A stretch of 64,000 bases of DNA from Octopus sinensis (Eukaryota), in assembly GCF_006345805.1 (NCBI RefSeq), contig NC_042998.1, forward strand, positions 34,100,001 through 34,164,000, given 5' to 3'. Positions 37,571-49,219 of this stretch are shown here, one piece after another. A program made the position numbers and the translations under genes. The stretch's first letter is position 1. The number at the start of each line of letters is the position of its first letter. The notes beneath the pieces are model-generated. The model saw nothing but the letters and a program-made list of their open reading frames with translations, was not told the origin of the DNA and ran no database searches.

Positions 37571-38015
37571 TGAATGCAACAGAAAATACAAAACAAAATA
37601 CACAAGACAATTAGAGTTGTCTTGATTTGTGCAATGAAAGCATGCATTAAATTTAAAAACTTTTGAATTAATAACACAAATGGTGATAATGACATAGATA
37701 GATAGATATTTCATTTGATTAAGAAAATATATTGGATATATACATGTGTGTGTATATATATATATATATATATTTATGTATACATACACACACACACATA
37801 TATATATATAGATAAAGAGATAGATAGATAGATAGATATATGTATATATACATATCTATATATATGTGTGTGTGTGTGTGCGTGTGTCTATATACATATA
37901 TATATATATATAGATATATACACACGCGCGCACACACACACACACCACACACGCATATATATATAGATATGTATATATACATATATCTATCTATCTATCT
38001 ATCTATCTCTTTATC

Positions 38016-38050
<35 letters not shown>

Positions 38051-38399
38051 ATACATAAATATATATATAAAGGAAAATAAATATATAATGGTATATGATT
38101 TAGTAGTATGTATTAGATTCTTAATATAAAATGGTTTATATTTTACTAGTAAATAGAATTGAGATATAAGGAAAAAAATGAGAGAGGAAAAAAAAAAGAA
38201 AGAAATCCTAACAGCAAATGGAGAAGAATAAGTTACACAAAATATTGAGATATTAGATTAAGAAGACAATCAAAGAAGTAATGTAGAGTCTGAATTGCCT
38301 TCCAGAATGTTCCCAAGTAAAATGAAATACAACGATTAAAAAACGAAAAATGAAATAAATAAGAAATATTAGGACTTAATCCTAAAAAGAATGAGAAGG

Positions 38400-39038
38400 T
38401 TGATGTGAAAGAAGAAGGAAAAGAAGAAGAAGGAGGAGGATGAGAAGAAGAAGGAGGAGGAGGAGGATAAGAAGGAGGAGGAGGAGGAGGAGGAGGAGGA
38501 GGAGGAGGAGGAGGAGGTGGAGGTGGAGGAGAAGAAGAAGAAGAAGAAGAAGGAGGAGGAGGAGAGGAGGAGGAGAAGAAGAGGAGGAGGAGGAGGAGGA
38601 GGAGGAGAAGAGAAGAAGAAGAAGAAGAAGGAGGAGGAGGAGGAGGAGGAGGAGAAGAAGAAAGAGAAGGAGAAAAAGAAGAACAAGAACAAGAACAAGA
38701 AGAAGAAGAAGGAGAAGAACAAGAACAAGAAGAAGGAGGAGGAGGAGAAGAAGAAAGAGAAGGAGAAAAAGAAGAACAAGAACAAGAACAAGAAGGAGAA
38801 GAAGAAGAACAAGAAGAAGGAGAAGAAGAAGGAGCAGAAGAAGGAGAAGAAGAAGAAGAAGAGGAAGAAGGAGGAGGAGGAGGAGAAGAAGGAGGAGGAG
38901 GAGAAGAAAAAGAAGAAGAAAAAGAAGAAGAAGAAAGAAGAAGAAGAAAAAGAAGAAGAAGAAAAAGAATAAGAAGAAAAAGAAGAAGGAGGAGGAGGAG
39001 AAGAAGAAAAAGAAGAAGAAGAAGAAGAAGAAGAAGAA

Positions 39039-39077
<39 letters not shown>

Positions 39078-39120
39078 GAAGAAGAAGAAGAAGAAGAAGA
39101 AGAAGAAGAAGGAGGAGGAG
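38400..39120. repeat. ~720-bp purine-rich (GAA)/(GAG)/(AAC)/(GAT) trinucleotide tract
   Basis: Direct reading; explains the poly-K/E/R/L pseudo-ORFs. Confidence 0.95.
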
Positions 39121-39344
39121 TATCGTGGCAGAATCATTCTGGTGCCAGACAAAATACTTAGCCGTATTTCTTCTGGTTCTTTAGATTCTGAGTTCAAATG
39201 CCACTCAACCATTCATGATCAATAAACTAAGTAACTATCTAACCCATTCCCTGCCCCCACCCAATTCTGATATTCTGCTAAAAATGGAAAAAATTATTTT
39301 ACAATTGTTTTTCTATGCTTCCACAGGTCTTCTTCCAGCTTTTC

Positions 39345-39880
39345 TACTCTAGGCACAAGGCTCGAAATTTTGGGGGAGGGGACCAGTCAATTAAGTCAAC
39401 CCCAGTATACAACTGGTACCTAATTAATCAACTTTGAAAGGATGAAAGGCAAAGCTGACTTCAGCGGAATTTGAACTCAGAATATAAAGACAGACGAAAT
39501 ACCTATTTCTTTATTATCCACAAGGGGCCAAACACAGAGGGGACAAACAAGGACAGACATAGGTATTAAGTCGATTACATCGACCCCAGTGCGTAACTGG
39601 TACTTAATTTATCGACCCCGAAAGGATGAAAGGCAAAGTCGACCTTGGCGGAATTTGAACTCACAACGTTGCGCCAGACGAAATACCACTAAGCATTTCG
39701 CCCGGCACGCTAACGTTTCTGCCAGCTCGCCGCCTAAGCATTTTGCTTGGCATGCTAATGTTTCTTATTTCTTTATTGCCCACAAGGGGCTAAACATAGA
39801 GTGGGCAAACAAGGACAGACAAACAGATTAAGTCGATTACATCGACTCTAGTGCGTAACTGGTACTTAATTTATCGACCC
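39345..39880 (-). mobile_element. Cluster of three family C SINEs
   Basis: Tail type 2 at 39345, type 1 at 39505 and 39765. Confidence 0.85.
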
Positions 39881-40109
39881 TGATGAAGTCATCAATTTAA
39901 GAAAACAGCTTAATTTTCTTTTTGTTTTTGCAATTTCTGTTTTCTTTCTTTTTACAGTGAATTTTTCGAGAGTGAATTTTCCTGTGGCAAAAATACTTAT
40001 GGTGAAATTTCCTTTTAGCCTTTTGTACATTGTTTTTCTCTCAGTTTGTTTGTGCTCTGTTGTTTAAGCATACTAGTAAAATAATAAAATACATATTTTC
40101 TTCTCAAGC

Positions 40110-40335
40110 CATGCCAGGCTCATGAGGGCCGATTTCCCGGTTTCAATGGTGTATGTATTCCCCACCTGGATGGGATGCCAGTCTGTTGCATGGTTACTCA
40201 TTTTCATCAGCTGAGTGGACTGGAGCAACATGAAATGAAGTGTTTTGCTCAAGATCACAATGCATTGCCCGGACCAGGAATCGAAACCACAATCTGACGA
40301 TCATGAGTCCAACACCCTAACCACTAAGCCAAATG
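40110..40335 (-). mobile_element. SINE family D
   Basis: Homologous to 20830-21065. Confidence 0.75.
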
Positions 40336-40389
40336 CCCCCACTAAGCATATTAATAAGCATCCAACAAATAATGCTCATCCTAATTTTT

Positions 40390-41390
40390 TGCATCCGTTG
40401 TACGTCCTCCACCTTCAGTGTTCATATTTCCCTGCAATGCAATATCCCATTTCATTCACAAGCACCATGCAACCTTTGTTGCCAGCAGAGATAAGAGCTC
40501 CCTGAACATCCATTCTATCCTTATTCTGGTTGCTATGCCCACCATTACTGTTGATAACACCACCTTAGATGCCAGAAGCTGTCGGATACTTTCAGAGAGC
40601 CATTCAGTCATTTGAAAGAATTGATTTTTATCTGTGCACTTATTGCTTAGTGATCCTGCACAGTTGCTATGTGCACAGACAATCTTTACTGTCATCATGC
40701 ACATAATGCTACAGTGTCTATTATGCACCCATGCTTTATAACGGGTGGGAAACAGGCAGTTCTTACTTATACCTTTTCTGCACATTGAGTATGGCCACTT
40801 TCCAGATAGAGCAGAGTTTTTAGTCTTCTAAAAATGCAGCACAAAGTTTTGTCAGTGAACAGGTCACAATCTCAAAGCGACGAAAATATTTTGACAAATT
40901 AAATTTAAATGTTGAAGGGAATCCAACGGTTTTTGTGTGTTTCTTAAATGGCTTATAAACACCTTCCACGCTGCAATTGTTTTCGTTCCAGCACACGATC
41001 TCAGATCAAGTCACTCGCTATGCAAGTACATCTCCGTAATTTAGTCTTCTTCTGTCTCACAATATCTTTTGTCTTTGCTAAGCCTGCAATTTGAGTTTCT
41101 GTAAAGCTCTAGCAGATTCAGTCATGAGAAGTAAGTCATCAGCATAGAGTAATTCCTATGGACAAAAGGTCTAAAACTCCTCTGTTGTGACCTGGAGAGC
41201 TAGTATAAACACAAGGAGACTGAGAATTGAACCCTGATGCACACTTTTCTGCTAAATTCCTTGCTGAACTCATAGTTTATGTAACTCTCATCTTGCTGTT
41301 TGTGACTAGCACAAGCTTCACTGCCTATTCATCTATGCTTAAATTTTCTTAGTCACTGCCAGGCAGCTTTCAACTATCAAATTATACTCT
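40390..41390 (-). mobile_element. RTE LINE reverse-transcriptase region, decayed
   Basis: Minus strand VHQGSILS...ELLYADDLLL (YADD at 41135-41146), then GIATRIRIEWMFRELLSLL and LKVEDVQR. Confidence 0.8.
40835..41036. mobile_element. Single arm of the 6061-6430 foldback element, inserted in the RTE RT region
   Basis: Matches about 6280-6430 and extends to ...gtacatctccg; flanked by an 11-bp direct repeat tttagtcttct. Confidence 0.8.
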
Positions 41391-42702
41391 TAATGTACTG
41401 GAGTCAGCCCAAGCTTTCTGTTCAAGGTACTCATTCAAGATGCTATGCTGTGTGTGTGTATGTGTGTGTGTGTGTGCATGTGTGTATTACATAGCTTTAT
41501 TAAAAGACACAATCATTTTAATATCTAGCGGAACCATTTCATCAATTTATACATTAGTTTAGACATATAAAAATTACATAAATTCATGCAATAATTAATT
41601 AATTAATGAAGATTACACCAGCCTTCTCATTAGGCTGCTTGAAACTACATTACTAGAGCATATTTTGAGAATTTTCAACAAATATAATGTGAGATGTTAA
41701 GGTCCAGAATATCAGAGTTATAAATTGAACCACAAGTGTTCATACACCCAGGAGATATTTCAGTAGATGGATAATGAAGATAAGGGACCTATCTGATTAC
41801 TTCCCTTGACTTAGTACAAATCCACCAGTGTCACTATCCCCGACGAGTTAAGAGGTGGTCAAGTTTATTGTATACTAGTTACTTGAACTTGTAGTGGAAT
41901 TCACCCAGGATGGGCTGAGCTGGCTCTGACCAACAAGTTCACCACATCCCTCATGAAGGCTGACCACATCCAACGGGCAACTCTAGCATTTTAGCAGGCA
42001 GTAATGCTTCTGGCTGTGGTCTGAAAATTTAGCTTTCAAATTTGAAAATGTCCTACTAGCAGAGCAAGTGTGTCAGATGTAATGGATGCCATAGCCATAG
42101 TTATCATTCACTTTTAAAGTATAGTGATGGAAAGAGAGGAATCTAAGAGATAAGCCAGAAATTTCAAAGGGGAGGAAGTTTACTCCTACAATCTCAGAAG
42201 TGTAGGTAAATAGCACAAAGAAAAATGAATATAGAGATGTGATTTGAAAGTGACTAAAATAAAATAAAGGGAAAATATGAGGTGGATGATTAGAACTGGA
42301 ACACTAGATATAATGGTGCACACCTCATTAACAAAGTGGACGTCATATTGGGTTGTAGACAATTGAATTGAAAACAAATTAGATAGAATAGTTAAGGATT
42401 AGATTAACTACATTATCTGAGAAACAAGTGATTGGTTCGTAAAACAAGAAATAATTCCAGTGAGAGGTGAGAAAATTAATTGAGTAAGAACACTAGCAAT
42501 AATATCAGTTGAATCAAAGTAAGGTAACAAAGAAGAATTTTTATGTAGAAAATTTAAGAAAGTTTTATTAATAACTAGGAACAATATACCCATAAATTAA
42601 ATTAAACATACATTGGAGGAATTCCAACACCTCAGTTGGGCACGACTTACTGTGGATATGGCAGACAGAAACTTAAAGAAGCCCATAGTATATATATATA
42701 TG

Positions 42703-42747
<45 letters not shown>

Positions 42748-42934
42748 TTTGTTGTTTGGAATTAGTAATAATGTTATACTCCTCCCATGTGACAAATAGA
42801 ATAACCTAGTCACTATAAGTAAAGAGAAGTATGTGAAGTACCAGAGTACATAGTAGGCAGTCAGAGATAGTCGTGTTGTTACTTGTTTTACTAAGTATAC
42901 CAAAGTGGGTGTTATAACAATCTAAGATTTTAAA

Positions 42935-45120
42935 GATTATAACAGTAGCAATGAGGATTTAAACAACACACGAGGAATTAGTAAACTCGAGGATAAACCA
43001 ATCCACATGGAGTTAATAGAAACTCGAAGATATATTAATAAACTTGCAAAGTTTTGTGTGAATTTTATGAAAAAAGTCATAAAATTATGGAAAATTTGTT
43101 GGCTGGTTTGCTCAAGTTGCAAAAACAGCAACAACAACACCATCAACAACAACAGCAGCAGATACAACTGCAAGAGCAACAACAACAACAAATATTACAT
43201 CAACAAATGCTGCAATTACCGAAGTTGTCAGAAAAGGTGTTCTCGACAGACTATGTCATGAACTCCATAACAGAATTCAAATACAAACCAGACGAAAGAG
43301 TTCCCTTCGAAGCATACTACAGAAGATATGAGCAAATTTTCGAGAAAGAATATAAAGATTGGGAGGACAAGATGAAAATGTAGTTAATCTTGAGAAAACT
43401 GAACGTTACATGAACGTTACAGTAATTATGCACATCCAAGAAAACTTTTCATCATCATCATTTAGCGTCCGGTTTCCATGCTAGCACAGGTTGGATGGTT
43501 CGACCGGGGTCTGGGAAGCCAGGGGCTGCACCAGGCTCCAGTCTGATCTGGCAGTGTTTCTACAGCTGGATGCCTTCCCTAACGCCAACCACTCCGCGAG
43601 TGTAGTGGGTGCTTTTTACGTGCCACCGGCACAGGTGCCCAGGGAGTCTGGCATCGGCCATGATCGGTTGGTGCTTTTAACATGCCACCAGCACGGAAGC
43701 CAGCCAAGGTGGCGCTGGCATCGGCCATGCACATCCAAGAAAACCTTTGGACATAAAAACTTTAATGACATGTTGGAAGTGTTTGAACATGAAGAAAATC
43801 AACGATGAGGACTATATCACAAATGATGGTAGAGTAATCAGGGAATGTGAGAAGTTTAAGCTGGGTGATTTAACACCATGTATGTTCAAATGCCTGATTT
43901 TTACACAGGGGCTTACTGCCGAAAAAAGACACAGAAATTAGAACTAGAATTCTCACAAAGCTGGAATGAAACCTGGATATAACCCTACAATAAATGTCAG
44001 AAGAATGTGAAAGGACAATCAAATTAAGACATGACACAAAGGAAATTGAACGTAAAGATTGTTTCCAAGTAAAGTGAGTGTGAAATAGTCAGAATAGAGA
44101 TAAACTGCTTTCTAAAAAGAACACAACAAAAATCAGGAAATTATGGAGTAAAGATTGTTTGCCAACATAACATGGCAGTCCTGGTTTAGGACGAATCTTG
44201 CTGTAATTTAGCCCTAGGAGACAGCGTCTCCAGCTGGTTATACAACATGATCTGAGTCCTTATATTTTCAAACAAGGGAATCTAGCACCCCTACTCAGCT
44301 TAAAACAATATATGTGTATCACAATTTCTGAGTTATTTCCCTTCGTCAGCACAGAATAATTGTTCAGCTACAGATGGTACTGCCAAATTCCTGTTCGAAA
44401 TATATAGTTTTCAAAGTGACAACTAGTCACTGATCCATAAATTAGAAAATTACTATTTCTTTTGAAAATCTCACGAGAGATATTCAGCAACCCATGTTTT
44501 GCATGTGGAGGTATATACTTGAGGTAAAATTGTCCATTTAAAAAAGCAGAGTGCTTTCATTGGGTAAATATAGGACATATAAAGATGCACAGCAGAGCGA
44601 GGGTGACAAAGCATCAGAACAAAAGAAAAAGAATAAATTGTATGTCATCAAAAGAAATTGGCAATATAACAATGAGGAAATTCGTGAAGGTGAAAATCAG
44701 AAATACAAGTGTTAAAATGAAATTAGACACTGGAAGTGCTATCACCATTATAAATGAAAATGTTGGAAATATGTTGGTAAGCCGAAACTAATTAAATCTA
44801 AAAAGGTAGCACATGGTGTTACAAGAAAAAGATTATAGTTTTTTTGATGAATTTGTATGTAATGCAACATTTCAGACCAAATTAAAAAGCAAAAATATGT
44901 GTGTTAAAAAGTTCACTTGATTTATTCGGCAGAGAGTGGATGGAACTATTCAAAGTATGGAATATGCCCATAAGTGTTTTGCGTGGAAATATAGTCGGTT
45001 CAATCGAGGGTTCGAATGTAGTTGAGGGACTGAAACAAAGAATTACAGTAAAACAGAGTGAAACACCTGTATGTAAGCCAAAACAAAATGAGAAATTGTC
45101 CATGATACAGACAAGGTAAA
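42935..45120 (+). mobile_element. Gypsy LTR retrotransposon remnant (gag and protease, no RT visible)
   Basis: PBS-like ataaca-gtagcaatgaggatt; gag-like FEAYYRRYEQIF..W.DKMK and ECEKFKLGDLT..MFKCLIFTQGL; aspartic protease KMKLDTGSAITII at about 44715-44750. Confidence 0.75.
43446..43726 (-). mobile_element. Young RTE 3' fragment inserted in Gypsy gag
   Basis: 18-bp TSD atgcacatccaagaaaac (43428-43445 / 43727-43744). Confidence 0.9.
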
Positions 45121-45499
45121 ACGAGAAATGAAGGTGAGGTCAGAGAAGAATGATTATATTTATGAAGAGTCGATACAAGAAAAGAAGAATGTTTATAAAT
45201 GCGAAAAGAAAATTCTATTAACAGCGTAACCGTACTGAAAAACAGCAAGGAAATGAATTGCCAGATGTAAGTGAATCAAAACAATACTATTCACACGTTT
45301 GGTGTAACAAACTAGAACATAAAAGAGATGCAGACTGGATACAGCAGTGGCAGATGATGGAATTTAAAAAACACAAACCAAAGCAACATCACATATATTG
45401 AAAATAAAAGAGCAAAAAAAAAATGGAAAAATAAAAAAAAATAGAGAAATTCAAGAAAACACAAAATTTGAAAAACTACAGAATTAGGTAGAGTTAATG

Positions 45500-45730
45500 A
45501 ATCAGCACCACTCCCACCACCACTGCTACCACCACTACTACCACCACTACTACCACCACCACTACCACTACTTCCGCCGCTATCACCACCACCACTACCA
45601 CCACTACTACCACCATCACCACCACCACCACCACAACCACCTCCTCCACCACTACTACCACCACCACAACCACTACTTCCGCCGCCTCCACCCCCCCACT
45701 ACCACAACCACCACCACCTCCACCATCGTC
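45500..45730. repeat. (CAC)/(TAC) trinucleotide tract
   Basis: Direct reading. Confidence 0.95.
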
Positions 45731-46024
45731 ATGTTCACATGGGTCGAACATAATTTGTTGAAGTGGATTTTTTTTATAACCGGATGTCCTTCCTGTCCCC
45801 AACCTTCATCTGCTTCCAAATAAGGCCGTATTTCCTCAGGACCAGACATGTTTTCACTGAAGACTGAAAACGAAGGACACTGCTTGCATGATGCTGATAC
45901 TCATGGCTATCACACAACGTCAAGGCATGGAAACAGTAACACACACACACACACACACATGCACGCACGCACACACACACACATGCACGCACACACACAC
46001 ACACACACAATTATAATGGTTGTT

Positions 46025-46440
46025 TCTTTCAGTTTCTTATTTCTTTATTACCCGCAAGGGGCTAAACACAGAGGGGACAAACAAGGACAGACAAATGGAT
46101 AAAGTCGATTACATGGACCCCAGTGCGTTACTGGTACTTATTTAATCGACCCTGAAAGGATGAAAGGCAAAGTTGACCTCGGCGGAATTTGAACTCAGAA
46201 CATAATGGCAGATGAAATACCTATTTCTTTACTACCCACAAGGGGCTAAACACAGAGAGGACAAATGGATTAAGTCAATTATATCAACCCCAGTGCATAA
46301 CTGGTACTTATTTAATCGACCTCGAGAGAATGAAAGGCAAAGTCGACCTCAGCGGAATTTGAACTCAGAACGTAATGGCAGACGAAATACCGCTAAGCAT
46401 TTCACCCGGCATGCTAACAGTTCTGCCAGCTTGCTGCCTT
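46025..46440 (-). mobile_element. Two tandem family C SINEs
   Basis: Two cores and two type-1 tails; complete head at about 46420-46440. Confidence 0.85.
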
Positions 46441-46538
46441 AAAAAAAATATAGAACGCTTCACGAATTTGCATGTCATCCTTGCGCAGGAGCCATGCTAA
46501 TCTCTGTATTGTTCCAATTTTAGAATATGTACCGAGCG
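46441..46538 (-). pseudogene. U6: U6 snRNA pseudogene (retrocopy)
   Basis: Minus strand gtacatattctaaaattggaacaatacagagattagcatggctcctgcgcaaggatgacatgcaaattcgtgaagcgttctatattttt matches U6; 3-nt deletion after ACAGAGA and a damaged 5' stem. Confidence 0.92.
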
Positions 46539-47108
46539 TGGCCATGCATACCTTCCTTCCTTCTTGTGACACTTGTGAAGACCTGTTGAGGCAAGTGAAA
46601 ATCAAATCAAATCAAATCAAAGCAAATCAAAATAGATGAACATCAATGGAATTTGTATCTTTGTGGTACCAGTGGCACACAAGAAAACCATCCGAACGTG
46701 GCCGTAGCCAGTACCGCATCGACTGGCCTCCGTGCTGTGGGCACGTAACAAACACCATCCGATCGTGGCCGTTCGCCAGCCTCATCTGGCACCTGTGTCG
46801 GTGGCACATAAAAACACCATCCGAGCGTGGCCGTCAGCCAGCCTCGTCTGGCACCTGTGTCGGTGGCACATAAAAACACCATCCGAGCGTGGCCGTTCGC
46901 CAGCCTCGTCTGGCACCTGTGTCGGTGGCACATAAAATCACCCACTACACTCTCGGAGTGGTTGGCGTTAGGAAGGGCATCCAGCTGTAGAAACACTGCC
47001 AGATCTGACTGGCCTGGTGCAGCCTTCGGGCTCCCCAGACCCCAGTTGAACCGTCCAACCCATGCTAGCATGGAAAACGGACGCTAAATGATGATGATGA
47101 TGATGATG
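46539..47108 (+). mobile_element. RTE LINE 3' UTR with a ~62-bp tandem array
   Basis: Units start near 46676, 46742, 46805, 46867, 46929; (GAT)n tail. Confidence 0.85.
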
Positions 47109-47263
47109 TACCGCCGTAGATAGCACTTTCAGTTTCTGTCTACCAAATCCACTCACATGTCTTCAACCAGCCCAAGGCTATGGCAGAAGACACTAACCCA
47201 AGGTGCCATGTAGTGAGACTGATCCTGAGTGGTTCTCATTCATAAGGTATTTTACGATGTTCT

Positions 47264-47295
<32 letters not shown>

Positions 47296-47311
47296 TTATT
47301 ATTATTATTTA

Positions 47312-47490
47312 GGTCACTGAATAATAATAACATCGAAAAATACCTTAGGAATGAGGACCCAGGTTCGAAATTTCCCCAAGACACCTGATGAAGGCTGGAG
47401 GCTATATCAGCCGAAACGTTGTGTTAACAACAAACAAGATGAAGACAAACATCCGTCAAATGTAAATGATGTAAATAATGTAAAAAAATG
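47312..47490 (+). mobile_element. Element G tail (hammerhead-bearing)
   Basis: (AAT)n acatcgaaaaataccttaggaatgag...ccccaagacacctgatgaagg...aaatgtaaat. Confidence 0.8.
47380..47425 (+). ncRNA. Minimal type-I hammerhead ribozyme, intact core
   Basis: gacac CTGATGA a ggctg-gaggctatat-cagcc GAAAC GTT gtgtt; stem I 5 bp, stem II 5 bp, loopless palindromic AACGTT stem III. Confidence 0.8.
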
Positions 47491-48053
47491 TACAAGTAAT
47501 GTATGTTATTAAAAATGAAGATGATCTTATATGGACAGCCAGGATAATCAATGATGAATGTATAGAAACACAAACGGATTAAAGAAATAAATAAAAGAGG
47601 TAAGATCAGAAAACTAGACAAAAGATTATGTTGGCAGTTCTTAAAAATCTTCCAGAAGATTCTGCAAGAAAATATAACAAGCTTTGCAGAAAAATTATTG
47701 GAGTAAGGAAAGAAAGAAATTCTGGTAATGTTTGTGTAACAACAAAATAATTAGTTTATATCTTGAAGCAAAAGAAAAATTGACTGAAGCAGCTAACGTG
47801 TGCCAAATTAGATGAAGCTATCAATCTTGGAATATTAACCAGTGGAAGCAAGGAAATTTGTGATGGTCAGTTCAAAAGTGAGTTAATCTTGTTTGCTATG
47901 AAGAAGAAGAGGAAAATTCAAGCTTTTCAGGTAACAATCTTCACTGGAGATTGATGTTTTATCGATTAGTGAAAAGTACTTTTTTCAAAATTAGGCCTTC
48001 TTCTATGACATTAATCCACTTTTGAATTGTTTCTGTCAACCATATAATGTGGA

Positions 48054-48234
48054 GTTCTATATTTAAGAGATGAGGAATTATGTACATTATTTACATTATT
48101 TACATTTGACAGATATTTGACCTCATCTTGTTTGTTGTTAAGACAACATTTCAGCTGATATACCCTCCAGCCTTCATCAGGTATCTTAGGGAAAGTTCGA
48201 AGCTGGGTTCTCATTCCTAAGGTATTTTTCAATG

Positions 48235-48271
<37 letters not shown>

Positions 48272-48275
48272 CATT
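48054..48275 (-). mobile_element. Element G tail, minus strand; hammerhead about 48140-48186 (CpG-decayed)
   Basis: Minus strand gatac CTGATGA a ggctg...cagct GAAAT GTT gtctt. Confidence 0.8.
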
Positions 48276-48295
48276 ATTTTTACACCATATGCCTG

Positions 48296-48796
48296 TGGAC
48301 GTAGTGGTTAAGAGTGTGGTCTACTAACCCCAAGATTCCAAGTTTGATTCCAAGCAGTGATCTGAATAATAATAATAATAACAATAATAATAATAATAAT
48401 AGTGCGACCATGAGATAGAGATTAGGAAGTTAGACATAGTCTTAATTGAGAAAGGAACCAAACTATGCTGGATCATAGATACAGCATGCCCAGCAGACAA
48501 TAAGGTATGCGATAAGGAAGAAAGAAAAGTTGAGATGTATGATAGGTTAACTTGGGAAGTTAAGCAATTGCGGTCAATGAAAAAGGAAGAAGTAGTACCA
48601 ATAATTGTCGGAGCCCTAGGAACAGTGAGCAAAAATCTCGAGAAGCACGTTGAACAAGTAGGGGCTGCAATAAGAGTGGAGCACTTGCGAAAAACAGCAC
48701 TGCTCAAATGCTCCGGAAGGTGCTCAAAAAATAAGAGGTAGTGAACAACTGACACCATAGTACATCTCCAGCGTTAGAAGCTGTGAAAAGGCAATG

Positions 48797-48838
<42 letters not shown>

Positions 48839-48990
48839 GCATCGAAAAATACCTTAGGAATGAGACCCCAGGTTCGAAATTTCCCCAAGACACCTGATGA
48901 AGGCTGGAGGGTATATCAGCTGAAATGTTATGTTAACAACAAACAAGATGAGGACTAATATCCATCAAATGTAAATAATGTATATAATGT
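48296..48990 (+). mobile_element. Element G (tRNA head, (AAT)n, hammerhead tail) interrupted by a Dong-like fragment
   Basis: Head gtagtggttaagag...ctactaaccccaag...aagtttgattcc; tail from 48835; hammerhead 48889-48934. Confidence 0.75.
48401..48810 (+). mobile_element. R4/Dong-like non-LTR retrotransposon 3' end (RLE and 3' UTR) in (TAA)n
   Basis: IRKLDIVLIEKGTKLCWIIDTACPAD..KEERKVEMYDRL...VVPIIVGALGTVSKNLE...KTALL; (AAT)n on both sides. Confidence 0.85.
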
Positions 48991-49053
48991 GTAAATGACA
49001 TATCAATGTAGAGAAGAAAATATCACAGAAAGTTAATAGGAAATTTGAATTAA

Positions 49054-49219
49054 ACTCTTAAGCATTTAAACCAGCTAAATCCGGCCCATATACTCTACCT
49101 GGATTTTCTCATCAAGCACATTATCAAAATCTCAAAGCTACAATGTAATGCATGATTAATTCAAAGCAATGTGAATAAATAAGCAGTACATTCGACAGAG
49201 TAATCTGAATGCTAAAGGA
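49054..49219. mobile_element. piggyBac-type MITE, second internally deleted copy
   Basis: TTAA on both sides; right end tgaatgctaaagga; body homologous to 25148-25368. Confidence 0.7.

Noticed and set aside
38382-39225. Longest ORFs (261-276 aa, poly-R/K/L/F/E)
   Set aside because: Pure trinucleotide microsatellite read in stop-free frames; no real protein features.
39879-39912. CTGATGA followed by gaaaac
   Set aside because: No stem II or stem I pairing; lies at a SINE junction.
46441-46538. Functional U6 gene
   Set aside because: Deletion next to the ACAGAGA box, damaged 5' stem-loop, and upstream sequence is an RTE fragment rather than a PSE/TATA promoter.
46676-46935. CRISPR-like repeat-spacer appearance
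   Set aside because: Eukaryotic context, the spacers are homologous to each other, no cas genes, and the array is part of an RTE 3' UTR.
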